Assembly (NCBI GenBank): GCA_003165005.1
Contig: PLSB01000112.1
Location: 14,389 to 66,950 of the forward strand
DNA from: Acidobacteriaceae bacterium
GTDB lineage: Bacteria > Acidobacteriota > Terriglobia > Terriglobales > Acidobacteriaceae
Length of the DNA stretch: 52,562 nucleotides
Direction: 5' to 3'
Under the pieces are notes generated by a model that worked only from the letters and a program-made list of their open reading frames with translations, did no database searches and had not been told where the DNA came from. The position numbers and the translations under genes are program-made. Positions 18,139 through 27,825 of this stretch are shown piece after piece; the first letter of the stretch is position 1, and each line of letters opens with the position of its first letter.

Positions 18139-18555
18139 TTGATCCAACGCACATTCAGCATCGTCAAGCCGGACGCGGTTCGCAAAAACTTGACCGGCGC
18201 CATTCTGACCGAGATCGACAAGGCCGGCTTCGGCATCGTCGCTATCAAAAAGGAATCGATCACCAAGCGCCAGGCCGAAGGCTTTTACGCCGTGCACCGC
18301 GGCAAGCCGTTCTTCGACGGGCTCACGGATTTCATGTCGTCGGGACCGCTGGTGTTGATGGTCCTGGAAAAGGAAAACGCCATCGCCGACCTGCGCAAGC
18401 TGATGGGCGCGACCAACCCCGCCAATGCCGAGGAGGGAACCCTCCGCAAGAAGTTCGCGGCTTCGATCCAGGAGAACGCCATTCACGGCTCCGACGGCGA
18501 AGACACGGCGGCCTTCGAGATCGGGTACTGGTTCGCGGGCTACGAGTTGATATAG
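18139..18555 (+). CDS. ndk: Nucleoside diphosphate kinase
   Basis: [32 protein letters not shown]; TTG start behind GAGGAG. Confidence 0.96.
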   Translation: MIQRTFSIVKPDAVRKNLTGAILTEIDKAGFGIVAIKKESITKRQAEGFYAVHRGKPFFDGLTDFMSSGPLVLMVLEKENAIADLRKLMGATNPANAEEGTLRKKFAASIQENAIHGSDGEDTAAFEIGYWFAGYELI

Positions 18556-18599
18556 CGCAGCGGTTGTGTGCAACCGCGGCCGGAAAGGACGGAAGAACG

Positions 18600-19151
18600 A
18601 TGGCGGAAAAGGAACAGGAGCTGACGGCGCTGTTTCTGGAGCATTCGCGCAAGAGACTCTACGGGCAACACTGGCCGCGGATGCAGGCGTGCGTCGCGCT
18701 GCTCACCACGGAACAGGTCTGGTGGCGGCCCAACGAGGCGTCGAACGCTATCGGCAACCTGCTGCTGCATCTCGACGGCAACGTGCGCCAGTGGCTGGTG
18801 GCCTCGTTCAACCGCGACGAGGACAGGCGCAACCGGCCGGCCGAGTTTGCGGCGAAAGAGGGCGCTACGGCCGCGGAGCTTTTGGACCGGCTGGGCGCCA
18901 CGCTCGACGAAGCCGCCCAGGTGCTCGACGGGCTGACCACGGCCGAACTGCTCGCGCTCTACGAGATCCAGGGCTACCACGTGCATGGCCTCGACGCGAT
19001 CTACCAGGTGGTGGAGCATTTCGGGCTGCACTACGGCCAGGTGGCTTACATCGCCAAGCTGCTTTCGGGCAAAGATCTGGGCTTCAATATGGAGCTGGAT
19101 CGGACCGGGCGGGCGGATAAACCCGACACGGAAAACAACTCGCCGCGTTGA
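18600..19151 (+). CDS. DinB-like (DUF1572) protein
   Basis: WWRPNEASNAIGNLLLHLDGN, RNRPAEF, EHFGLHYGQ. Confidence 0.82.
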   Translation: MAEKEQELTALFLEHSRKRLYGQHWPRMQACVALLTTEQVWWRPNEASNAIGNLLLHLDGNVRQWLVASFNRDEDRRNRPAEFAAKEGATAAELLDRLGATLDEAAQVLDGLTTAELLALYEIQGYHVHGLDAIYQVVEHFGLHYGQVAYIAKLLSGKDLGFNMELDRTGRADKPDTENNSPR

Positions 19152-19186
19152 TATAATTTCTCCACACTTTCCCGTGGAGCGCATCG

Positions 19187-19981
19187 ATGCTTACCCGCAA
19201 ATGCTTCGCCCCAGTCTTCCTGGTTGCCTTCTCCATTGCAGCGTTCGCTGCCGAACCGGCGCAGGTCGTCACCTGGCCCAGCACCGGAACGCCAGTTCTG
19301 CGATTCACCTTCAGCAGGTTCAGGGACATCGGCTCCATGGCCGGCCAGAAGACATTTGTCACCGATGTCACCGCGGAGAACATTTCAGGGAAACTCATTC
19401 CTGACCAGAGATTCTCGATTTATGTACTCGATAAAAAGCAGGTGCGAATTGGCGAGGCGTGGATGCAAGTCGACAACCTTGGGCCGGACCAATCAACCAA
19501 GTTCCAGATATCGTTTAACGCGTCAGGCGCGCCTGCATCGGTGTCCGTTCTCGCCTCGTCGGACATTCCGCGCAAGGTGACACTGACGGTGAACTCAGTT
19601 CCGCAAGGCGCAGACCTCAAGGTTGACGGCGTTGACGCCGGCATGACGCCGAAGTTGATCAGCGTCGGGGTCGGAAAACATCAGCTTGGATTCAGCAAGG
19701 AAGGCTTCAACTCAGGAACATTCCCGCTTGAAATCGGCCCGGACGATGTCCCTGGAGGCTCCGTTAGCTATGAGCTTGGCGCGGCGCGCTACGACACCAT
19801 CGTGCTTCGCGATGGCAGCGTACTCAACGGCGACCTCGATTCGATCTCCGGAATGGATGTGGTTGTGCGAATCGGTGGGAATCTACAGCACCTCAATCGC
19901 AACCAAGTCAAACAAATCGTCATAGTCGAGCGAGAACCGCCCAACTCGGATCAGCTGCCTCCGCCGGAGCCGAAACCCTAG
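19187..19981 (+). CDS. PEGA domain secreted protein
   Basis: Signal peptide; TVNSVPQGADLKVDG..GMTP..GKHQLGFSKEGF; C-terminal DTIVLRDGSVLNG module. Confidence 0.75.
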   Translation: MLTRKCFAPVFLVAFSIAAFAAEPAQVVTWPSTGTPVLRFTFSRFRDIGSMAGQKTFVTDVTAENISGKLIPDQRFSIYVLDKKQVRIGEAWMQVDNLGPDQSTKFQISFNASGAPASVSVLASSDIPRKVTLTVNSVPQGADLKVDGVDAGMTPKLISVGVGKHQLGFSKEGFNSGTFPLEIGPDDVPGGSVSYELGAARYDTIVLRDGSVLNGDLDSISGMDVVVRIGGNLQHLNRNQVKQIVIVEREPPNSDQLPPPEPKP

Positions 19982-21063
19982 CTGCCGGGTCGGCGTCCAG
20001 CCGGAGGCCGCGTGCCCAATTTCAGCGAGCTCATATCGATCACGAAGCGGTACTTCACGTCCTGCTTGAGCATGCGCTCGAAGGCTTCGTTGATCTTCTG
20101 GATGGGAATCACTTCGACATCGGCCACAATGTTGTGCTGGCCGCAGTAGTCGAGCATCTGCTGTGTCTCGGGCATGCCGCCGATCATGGAGCCGGAGAGG
20201 GCGGCGCGGCGGAAGATGAGATTGCCGATCTCGATGGTCGCGGGCTTTCCCGGCAATCCGACCATGGCCAGGGTTGCATCCTGCTTCAGCAGTTCGAGGT
20301 AGGGATCGTAGGCGTGTGGGCCGGAAGCCGCGTCGACGATGAAGTCGAAGGAGCGGGCCTGAGCCTTCATGGCGTTTGCATCGGTTGAAAGCACCACTTC
20401 ATCGGCGCCCAGGCGCAGCGCGTCTTCCTTTTTATTGAGCGAGGTGGTGAACTGCACCACGTGCGCGCCCAAGGAGTGGGCGAACTTGAGCGCCATGTGG
20501 CCCAGGCCGCCGAGGCCGACGACGCCGACCTTCTTTCCGGGGCCGGCCTGCCAATGGCGCAGCGGCGAGTAGGTGGTGATGCCCGCGCACAGCAGGGGCG
20601 CAACTGCGGCGAGGTCGAGGCTTGCCGGGACGGTGTGGGCGAAGCGCTCGTCAACCACATAATTATTGGAATAGCCGCCCATGGTGATGGAGCCGTCCAC
20701 GCGGTCCTTGGAGGCGTAGGTGAGCGTAGCGCCTTCGAGACAGAAATGCTCTTCGCCGCGGTTGCACGGCGCGCAGTGGCGGCAGGAATCGACGATCACG
20801 CCCACGGCCGCGATCTCTCCGACCTTGAACTTGTTGGAGGAGGTCCCCACTGCAATGACCCGGCCGACGATTTCGTGGCCCGGCACCAGGGGATAGATGG
20901 CATTGCCCCACTCGTTGCGCGCCATGTGCAGATCGGAGTGGCAGACGCCGCAGTAGAGGGTCTCGACGACGATCTCGGTCGGCCCCGGCTCGCGGCGGCT
21001 GAATACGTAGGGTGCAAGCGGGGTTTGGGCGTTGGGTGTTCCGTAACCGTGGGATGAGGGCAT
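19978..21063 (-). CDS. Zn-dependent NADP alcohol dehydrogenase (CAD/YahK-like)
   Basis: CGVCHSD, PGHE, CxxCxxC, LLCAGITTYSPL, GLGGLG, VKYRFVID. Confidence 0.93.
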   Translation of the reverse strand: MPSSHGYGTPNAQTPLAPYVFSRREPGPTEIVVETLYCGVCHSDLHMARNEWGNAIYPLVPGHEIVGRVIAVGTSSNKFKVGEIAAVGVIVDSCRHCAPCNRGEEHFCLEGATLTYASKDRVDGSITMGGYSNNYVVDERFAHTVPASLDLAAVAPLLCAGITTYSPLRHWQAGPGKKVGVVGLGGLGHMALKFAHSLGAHVVQFTTSLNKKEDALRLGADEVVLSTDANAMKAQARSFDFIVDAASGPHAYDPYLELLKQDATLAMVGLPGKPATIEIGNLIFRRAALSGSMIGGMPETQQMLDYCGQHNIVADVEVIPIQKINEAFERMLKQDVKYRFVIDMSSLKLGTRPPAGRRPGS

Positions 21064-21142
21064 GGCTGGATTCCTTTCGAGAGAATTCTAGAATAACGGA
21101 CCGGGGTTCATCCTTGGGAGATGGTTCGTTGGAAAGAAACCA

Positions 21143-21213
21143 TCCCTCGGGGGCTAAAGCCCACGCCCGTTTTGACGCATTCACGGCACGACTGAAGTCG
21201 TGCCCTTTCAAAA
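21143..21213. repeat. Intergenic copy of the palindromic element found inside thyX
   Basis: TCCCTCGGGGGCTAAAGCCC-N20-ACGGCACGACTGAAGTCGTGCCCTTTCAAA. Confidence 0.9.
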
Positions 21214-21276
21214 CGGCAGGATTCCGGAAAGGTTCTCGAAGATCTCCGCTTATCGGAGCAGCTCTTTCAGGTGGAT

Positions 21277-22182
21277 TCAACAGCGCTGCGCCACGACTAC
21301 GCGGGGAATGCCCTGGAGATCGGCGATGAATTCGATTCCCGCGAAGCCTTCCTCTTCGAGCAGCGCCTCCATGGCCTGCTGCTGGCCGAAGCCGATTTCA
21401 AGGAGAAGGATTCCGCCGGCGGCGAGGGCTTTCGACGACTCGGGAAGCAGGCGGCGGTAGATTGCGAGGCCGTCGCCGCCGGCAAAGAGCGCCTGCGCCG
21501 GCTCGTAGTTGCGCACCTCAACGGCGAGCGTGGCGCGGTCACTCTCCGGCACGTAGGGCGGATTGGAGACGATGAGATCGAATGACTCGCCGGCAACGGG
21601 CGCGAGCAGATCGCCTTCGAGAAAGCGGATGCGGTTGGCCACGCCGTGGCGCGAGGCGTTGGCTCGGGCCACGGCCAGCGCGGCCGCGGAGATGTCGGTG
21701 GCTGTGATTTCGGCGAACGGCAGAGCGCGCGCCAGCGCCACGGCAATCGCGCCCGAACCCGTGCCCACGTCAATAATGCGCGGCGAGGGAATCGCGCTGG
21801 TTGGTCCCAGCTTTCCGGCCAGTTCAATCGCCTTTTCCACCAGGAGTTCCGTCTCCGGCCGCGGAATCAGCGCGTCGCGGTTCACATGAAACGGCAGGCC
21901 GTAGAACTCGGCTTCGCCGGTGATGTACTGGATGGGCTCGCCGGTCAGGCGGCGTTCGATGGCGTCGCAGAACGCGGCGGCGCGATCGGGGGCGAGCGAA
22001 TCGCCGTCGTGCGCGAGGAGCCACGCGAGGTTGGCTTGCGGCGAGTTCTGCCGCAGCACGTCAAGGAGCAGCGTCTCGGCGTCGCGGCGCGCACGCGCGG
22101 GATGCGGGCCCTCGGAGAGAACGTTCGCAGCTTCGTCGAGAGCCAGGCGGAGGGTCGGGGTTGCGTTCGATGCGGGCTGCAT
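21277..22182 (-). CDS. prmC: Release factor glutamine methyltransferase
   Basis: RRLTGEPIQYITG, LIPRPETE, DVGTGSG, NPPY, LEIG. Confidence 0.94.
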   Translation of the reverse strand: MQPASNATPTLRLALDEAANVLSEGPHPARARRDAETLLLDVLRQNSPQANLAWLLAHDGDSLAPDRAAAFCDAIERRLTGEPIQYITGEAEFYGLPFHVNRDALIPRPETELLVEKAIELAGKLGPTSAIPSPRIIDVGTGSGAIAVALARALPFAEITATDISAAALAVARANASRHGVANRIRFLEGDLLAPVAGESFDLIVSNPPYVPESDRATLAVEVRNYEPAQALFAGGDGLAIYRRLLPESSKALAAGGILLLEIGFGQQQAMEALLEEEGFAGIEFIADLQGIPRVVVAQRC

Positions 22183-22274
22183 GAGCGTTCGAAAGATTCT
22201 ATAGTAATTCCGGAATGGCTGTACCCATCGGTAGTGGGCAAGTTGAGTATCCACAGTACGAACGTGGCTGGTGA

Positions 22275-22493
22275 TCATCCCTTTGCAGAAAACGCAAACA
22301 AAACCAGGAAAACCAATAGGCCCACGATTAACAGGCCGGCCAAAAGAAAGACCATTTTCTGACGGCGTACCGCGACCTTTTGAATGCCGATAGATTCCTC
22401 CTGGTGCTTCAACGCCTCTTTGTAGTTCTCCACGTGCGACTTTTGTAAATCTCTGATTTCCTCCAGGAGCTTAATCACTTGCTCTTCGGCCAT
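22275..22493 (-). CDS. Small hypothetical membrane protein
   Basis: 72 aa, GGAGG RBS, coiled-coil-like N-terminus and C-terminal TM helix. Confidence 0.65.
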   Translation of the reverse strand: MAEEQVIKLLEEIRDLQKSHVENYKEALKHQEESIGIQKVAVRRQKMVFLLAGLLIVGLLVFLVLFAFSAKG

Positions 22494-22595
22494 AACCTCG
22501 CCTCCACGGCTAGTCTACTCTCGACTGAACCAATTTCCGAGCGCCCAACGCACCTTCACAAGAACAAACTGACCCACGACCTAGCCATCGCCCGC

Positions 22596-22638
22596 GTGCC
22601 CCATCCTCGCGCTCTTTCGCGAAATGGGTGGGAAAGCC
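22596..22638 (+). repeat. GTGCCCCATCCT-type palindromic repeat; related inverted copies near 24555-24600 and 7940-7970
   Basis: gtgccccatcct..gggtgggaaa; reverse complement of 24555-24600 begins cgtgtccccatcct..aggaaacc. Confidence 0.45.
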
Positions 22639-22670
22639 AGGAGGCTGGGTGCAGCTGCTCCGGAACGGAA

Positions 22671-24500
22671 TCAAACCGGATAGCGTTCGAGGGCGATGGC
22701 GTGATTGGCGACGGTGCGGCTGAGGGCCACGGCGTCGGCGGGCGTGAAGCGCGCCAGGCGGCGCAAGATGGCGAGTTGGGTGGCGAGGGCGTCGCCCTCG
22801 GCGCAGGCGGCGAGGATGCGGCGCGACGCTCGCTCGGCCAGGGCCATGGTTTCATCGGCCAGGAGGCCGGTCATGGCCGCGGCTGCCTCGGCCGAGCTGC
22901 GTCCGGCCGCGGCCAACTTGCGCGCCCGCAAGAGCGCCGACTCGAGCGCGTACACGTGGCCGATCATGTCGGCGAGATCGGCGACAATCTCCTGCTCATT
23001 TTCGAGCGCGGTCATGTAGCGCTGGCTGGCCACACCCGCAGCAAACAGCGTGATTTTTCTCGTTTTGGACAAGATTTCTGCTTCACGGGTCAGCGGCTCG
23101 CCGGAGCTCTCGGCGCCGTCGAGCGAAAGCGGTTCAGTCACCTCGTCCATCACGCGCTTGATGGCCGCGAGCAACGGCAGCTTGCCGCTGATGGCGCGCT
23201 TCATCATCCAGCCGGTGATGATGAGGCGGTTGATCTCGTTGGTGCCTTCAAAGATGCGGTTGATGCGCGCATCGCGATAGGTGCGCTCCGCCGGATAGGC
23301 CTCGGTGTAACCGTAACCGCCCATGGTGGCGATGAGCTCGTCAGCGACGAGGGTGAGCATCTCCGAGCCGTAGATCTTCACAATTGAGCACTCGACCGCG
23401 TACTCCTCCATATTGCGCGCCGCGTCGTAAGGCGGGGCGTCGCCGAGCTTGGCGGGACCTTCGGCGGCAAGCTTTGCCGCGCGCGCATCGATCAGGCCGG
23501 CTGTACGGTAGGCCATGCTTTCGGCCGCGTAGAGTTGCGCTGCCGAGGCCGAGATCTTGCGCTGGATCATGCCAAACTCCGCAATCGACTTGCCGAAGGC
23601 GCGGCGCTGTTTGGCGTAGCGGATCATTTCTCTCAGCGCATGGCGCGCGCCGCCGATGCAGGCCACGCCCAGCTTGAAACGGCCCACGTTGAGCACGTTG
23701 AAGGCGATGTGGTGGCCTTTGCCGGCCTCGCCGAGCAGGTTTTCCTTGGGGATTTTGCAGTCCTCGAAGACGAGCGGACAGGTGGACGAGCCGCGAATGC
23801 CGAGCTTGTGCTCTTCTTGGCCTACAGTGAGCCCCGGCGTGCCGCGCTCAATGAGAAACGCGGAGAATTTTTCGCCCCCCGTCTCCGGATCGACGATTTT
23901 GGCGAAGACCGTGAAAAGCCCCGCAATGCCGGCGTTGGTGAGCCACTGCTTTTCGCCGTTCAGGATGTAGTGCGTGCCTTCGGGCGAAAGCCTGGCGCGG
24001 GTGCGGATGTTCATGGCGTCGGAGCCGGAGCTGGCTTCCGAAAGCCCATACGCGCCGATCCACTCGCAGGTCGCGAGCTTGGGCAGGCATCGCTGCTTTT
24101 GGGCTTCCGTTCCATACCAAACGAGCGGCAGCGTGGCGATGCCGACGTGCGCGCCGAATGCAGTGGAAAAGCTGGCCAGCGCGGAGATGTGATCGGTGAT
24201 GAGCATGGAGCTGACCCTGTCGAGCCCCATGCCGCCGTACTCTTCGGGGATGTCGACGGCGGCGAAGCCGAGTTCGGCGGCCTTGCGCAGCAGCGTCTCC
24301 ATCGCGCCGGGTTCCTTGGCTTCGATGGCCGCCACGCGGGGCAGAATCTCCTCGCGCGCAAAGCGAGCCGCGGTAGCCGCGATCTGCCGCTGCTCCTCGC
24401 TGAGGTCTTCGGGAGTGAAGACTTCGGCGGGCGTGCGCGTTTCAAGCAAGAAGCTGCCGCCCGCGGCGGCGGCGATGGGGGATGGGACGATGGTGGACAT
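22671..24500 (-). CDS. Acyl-CoA dehydrogenase (long FadE/ACAD9-like)
   Basis: GAYGLSEASSGSD, LNGEKQWLTN, KLGIRGSST, LNVGR, GGYGY, RINRIFEGTNEINR. Confidence 0.94.
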   Translation of the reverse strand: MSTIVPSPIAAAAGGSFLLETRTPAEVFTPEDLSEEQRQIAATAARFAREEILPRVAAIEAKEPGAMETLLRKAAELGFAAVDIPEEYGGMGLDRVSSMLITDHISALASFSTAFGAHVGIATLPLVWYGTEAQKQRCLPKLATCEWIGAYGLSEASSGSDAMNIRTRARLSPEGTHYILNGEKQWLTNAGIAGLFTVFAKIVDPETGGEKFSAFLIERGTPGLTVGQEEHKLGIRGSSTCPLVFEDCKIPKENLLGEAGKGHHIAFNVLNVGRFKLGVACIGGARHALREMIRYAKQRRAFGKSIAEFGMIQRKISASAAQLYAAESMAYRTAGLIDARAAKLAAEGPAKLGDAPPYDAARNMEEYAVECSIVKIYGSEMLTLVADELIATMGGYGYTEAYPAERTYRDARINRIFEGTNEINRLIITGWMMKRAISGKLPLLAAIKRVMDEVTEPLSLDGAESSGEPLTREAEILSKTRKITLFAAGVASQRYMTALENEQEIVADLADMIGHVYALESALLRARKLAAAGRSSAEAAAAMTGLLADETMALAERASRRILAACAEGDALATQLAILRRLARFTPADAVALSRTVANHAIALERYPV

Positions 24501-24812
24501 TGGCTTCGGCGGCCTCCTGGAGCGATCGATCCCGCCCCCGGGGATTTCGCGCCGGGTTTCCTATCGTTTCCCTCAAGCGCGCGGAAAGGATGGGGACACG
24601 GCAAGCGAATGCTTCCGGGCCGGATCGATATGGACGCTGAGGCCCACCTTACGACAGTTACGCGAGCCCCGGCAACAAGCCTGTAGCCTCGGGCCGCTCT
24701 GACTCATCCTCGACGGTCTTTTGCCGATGAAGCGGACGGGCCACCGTCCCGCGCCTATTCCGCGCCCGTTTGCCCCGGCGCCGGCAAGCGCGAAGGAAAC
24801 GAAGTCCCGCAG

Positions 24813-25267
24813 ATGCCGTTCATGGTCGGGAACGATCGCATCGGCGTGGGCGTGGAGGACGTCGACGCCGATCACAAGAAAATGGTGGAGATGATCAACG
24901 AGCTCTATGACGCTATCCTGGCCGGAAGCGGGCGCAAGAAACTCGATGCCTTCTCGACCGGCTGGTGGATTACACACACTACCACTTCGCCCACGAAGAG
25001 GAGTTGTTTGCCCGCACCGGTTATCCGGACACCGCCGCACACAGACACGAACATGACGAAATGGCTGAGTGTATGAAGAACACCTGGCGCCGGTATCGCA
25101 ATGGCTCAATACCGGCGCCTTCGCTTGAGGTGATGAATACTCTCAAGGACTGGCTCTTCAACCACATCCTCGGCTCGGACCAGAGATATGCGCCGCACAC
25201 AAAGGCACACCGAAGGTGGGGCTCCCAAATCCCGTGGGATCCAGAGCGAACTGCAACTGTGTATTAG
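24813..25267 (+). pseudogene. Bacteriohemerythrin, frameshifted near 24950
   Basis: Frame 1: IGVGVEDVDADHKKMVEMINEL; -1 frame: LDRLVDYTHYHFAHEEELF..YP..HRHEH..WLFNHILGSD. Confidence 0.85.
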
Positions 25268-25345
25268 GCAACGAATCCGAAAATGGAATGGTAAAAAAGC
25301 GCTTATCCCGCACGCTGTCGTGGCAATGCGGGCGCGTGGCCGTTG

Positions 25346-26188
25346 TTACCTAAGTCCCAGGCTCAGGAACTGCTCCTTACCGGGTCCTGTAGCAACGATG
25401 CCTTTCTGCGGGTTCGTGAGAGCCCTGTCACACGCGTCGAGGAGCGAATTCCATATGGAATTGACCTTCGGGACGGCATGGGTTGTCCGGCTACGGTAGC
25501 CCTCCGTCTCCGGTGCCTCCTCATTCGATTCACGGGCCGGAGTCCGCTGCAGGTGCCATAGGCGATCCTCACCCATCACATACGTTGAGCCGAGGTAGGT
25601 TCGCGATTCGCTCTTTGCGTTGCGTATGATCGTATCCCAGGCATCCCTGGTTTCGGTGCGGCGGGAAATCTTTTCTTGCAACGCCTCAATTTTCTTGTCC
25701 AGCTGCTCCTTCGCGGAATTGGCAAAATCCACACAGGCGGCCTGCGATTCGCCTCCTGCGTTGCGCACGACGGTATCCCAGGCATCCTTGGTTGCGTTGT
25801 GGTTGCGAATGTCCTCTTGCAGTACTGCAATCTCCATGTTCAGCCGCTGCACGTGCCATTGGCCATCCTCGCCCATCTCATACGATGTGCCCTGGAAGAT
25901 GCGCGGCGCGCTTCCTCCGTTGCGCTCGATCATATCCCATGCATCCTTGGTTTCGTTATGGAGGCGAATCTTTTCTTGCACCGCCTCAACTCTCCTGTCC
26001 AGCCGCTCCTTCTGGGATTCGGCAAGATCCAGACAAGCGGCATCCGATTCGCTTCCTGCGTTGCGCACGATCGTATCCCAGGCAGCCTTGGTTTCGTTGT
26101 GGAGGCAGATTTCCTCTTGCAGTTCTACGATCTCCATGTTCAGACGCCCTGTCTCATGCTCGGCAAAGTTCAGACAACCATCCGCCAT
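25346..26188 (-). CDS. Hypothetical protein with 100-aa tandem duplication
   Basis: AAGGAG RBS before ATG 26188; DNA repeats at exact 300-nt offset (TCTCCATGTTCAG at 25831 and 26131). Confidence 0.7.
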   Translation of the reverse strand: MADGCLNFAEHETGRLNMEIVELQEEICLHNETKAAWDTIVRNAGSESDAACLDLAESQKERLDRRVEAVQEKIRLHNETKDAWDMIERNGGSAPRIFQGTSYEMGEDGQWHVQRLNMEIAVLQEDIRNHNATKDAWDTVVRNAGGESQAACVDFANSAKEQLDKKIEALQEKISRRTETRDAWDTIIRNAKSESRTYLGSTYVMGEDRLWHLQRTPARESNEEAPETEGYRSRTTHAVPKVNSIWNSLLDACDRALTNPQKGIVATGPGKEQFLSLGLR

Positions 26189-26302
26189 CTGCTTAAGCTC
26201 CTTTCGAGAATTTCCCTGCGTCATCCCTTGCAACCGGTATCCCCGATTTAAAACACAAGGGGCGTAATTATTATACGCCATCTAAGGCACTTTGCAAATA
26301 CA

Positions 26303-26340
26303 ACTCTTGTCCAATGGGGAATACCACTCTTGTCCAATGG
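26303..26340. promoter_or_regulatory. 15-bp perfect direct repeat, candidate operator
   Basis: ACTCTTGTCCAATGG at 26303 and 26326 in an AT-rich intergenic region. Confidence 0.5.
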
Positions 26341-26590
26341 CAAGACAATCGCATTTAGAGTATAGTGCGGCTCCACCTTGCTCTTTTAAAATCAGGCCTT
26401 TCCGCTTTTTCAAATGCGATTGCACGGGGAATTTCCAAGGCAAAAGCCGGGCTATTCGCCGTCGTCCATGCGTTGTCCGCCTCATCGAGGGCCGTTCAGG
26501 CCAATTGCGCCGTCACCTAAGAAAAGACGTCCCGCACATGAAGGCGCACCACGTCCATTGACCTGGGCGCTCGGCACGCGGCCAAGCGCC

Positions 26591-26622
26591 GCGGGGCCGG
26601 GATCGTTCGATCCCGGCCCCGC
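26591..26622. terminator. 15-bp perfect stem downstream of the phosphate acyltransferase gene
   Basis: GCGGGGCCGGGATCG-TT-CGATCCCGGCCCCGC. Confidence 0.6.
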
Positions 26623-26649
26623 GCAGTTTTCCCGAAAAATGTGAATCGT

Positions 26650-27636
26650 CTAGACCTTGAACGCCGGATGCGCGGCGTAATGCAGCAGCGCCGCGACCGC
26701 GCAACTCACGAGCCGGGTTTCAGCCGAATCCGCGCGGCTGGTGAGGATGGTGGGCACACGGGCGCCGAGCACGATGCCGGCCAGTTGCGCGCCGCCCAGG
26801 TATTCGAGCTGCTTGGCCAGCATGTTTCCGCTTTCCAGATCGGGAACCACGAGAATGTCGGCCTGGCCGGTGACCGGCGAAACCAGCTTCTTGATCTGCG
26901 CGGCCTTCAGGCTCACGGCGGTGTCGAAGGCCAGCGGCCCGTCGAGAATGCCGCCCGTGATCTGGCCGCGGTCGGCCATCTTGCACAGCGCGGCCGCATC
27001 GAGCGTGGATTGGATTTTGGGATTTACGGTTTCGATGGCGGAGAGCAGCGCCACCTTGGGCTCGGGAATGCCCAGCGCATGCGCGAGGTCGATGGCGTTC
27101 TGCACTATGTCGACCTTGCCTTCGAGATCGGGCGTAATGTTGATGGCCGCGTCGGTGATGAGCAGGGTGCGCGCGTAGGCCGGCGTGTCCATGATGAAGA
27201 CGTGGGAGACGCGCCGCGCCGTGCGCAGGCCGGTGTCGCGCTGCAAGGCGGGCTTCAGCAGTTCGTCCGTGTGCAGGCTGCCCTTCATGAGGGCCTGCGC
27301 GTTGCCCGCGCGGCAAATGACCACGGCAGCGGTGGCCGCCTGAGCCTCGGTCTCGGCCTCCACAATGGGGTACTTGCTGATATCGACGCCGATTTTGGCG
27401 GCAAGCGCCTGCATGGCGTCCCCTGGGCCGATGAGCGTGGGCTCGATGATGCCGGCGGCGGCGGCCTCCACTGCGCCCTTCAGCGCCACTTCGCTCAAAG
27501 GCCACACCACGGCCGTGGTGATGGCGGGCAAGGCTTTGCAGCGCTCGATGAATTGATGAAAGACGTGGTAATCCGGAGGGTGTCCTACAAGTGGGTCGAC
27601 GGCAACGGCTTCAGCCAGCGTGGCAAGATCGCTCAT
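26650..27636 (-). CDS. Phosphate acetyl/butyryltransferase
   Basis: LMKGSLHTDE, RRVSHVF, ITDAAINI, DGPLAFD, PDLESGNM, LTSRADS. Confidence 0.92.
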   Translation of the reverse strand: MSDLATLAEAVAVDPLVGHPPDYHVFHQFIERCKALPAITTAVVWPLSEVALKGAVEAAAAGIIEPTLIGPGDAMQALAAKIGVDISKYPIVEAETEAQAATAAVVICRAGNAQALMKGSLHTDELLKPALQRDTGLRTARRVSHVFIMDTPAYARTLLITDAAINITPDLEGKVDIVQNAIDLAHALGIPEPKVALLSAIETVNPKIQSTLDAAALCKMADRGQITGGILDGPLAFDTAVSLKAAQIKKLVSPVTGQADILVVPDLESGNMLAKQLEYLGGAQLAGIVLGARVPTILTSRADSAETRLVSCAVAALLHYAAHPAFKV

Positions 27637-27825
27637 GAACTCAAATCTCCTCTCCCGGCAATGCACGGGCGCGCCGGGATACATAGAACTATTGTCGCGT
27701 GACGGCCGCAAAGGGCATGTGCCATGGGTCACAGTACGGGCCTTTGTCTCTGCATGCGGTATCGGCGCGTCAATTGCATCCAGCACCGGTTTCCGGAGGC
27801 CGGCTATCCTCATGCAATTCGAGTG

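Noticed and set aside
20663-21280. 205-aa ORF containing KGHDFSRAV, resembling the thyX insert
   Set aside because: It is a translation of the intergenic palindromic element running out of frame into the dehydrogenase gene
26229-26244. Possible sigma54 site before the orphan repeat gene
   Set aside because: GG-N10-GC spacing fits but the -24 box (GGGGAT) is a poor match
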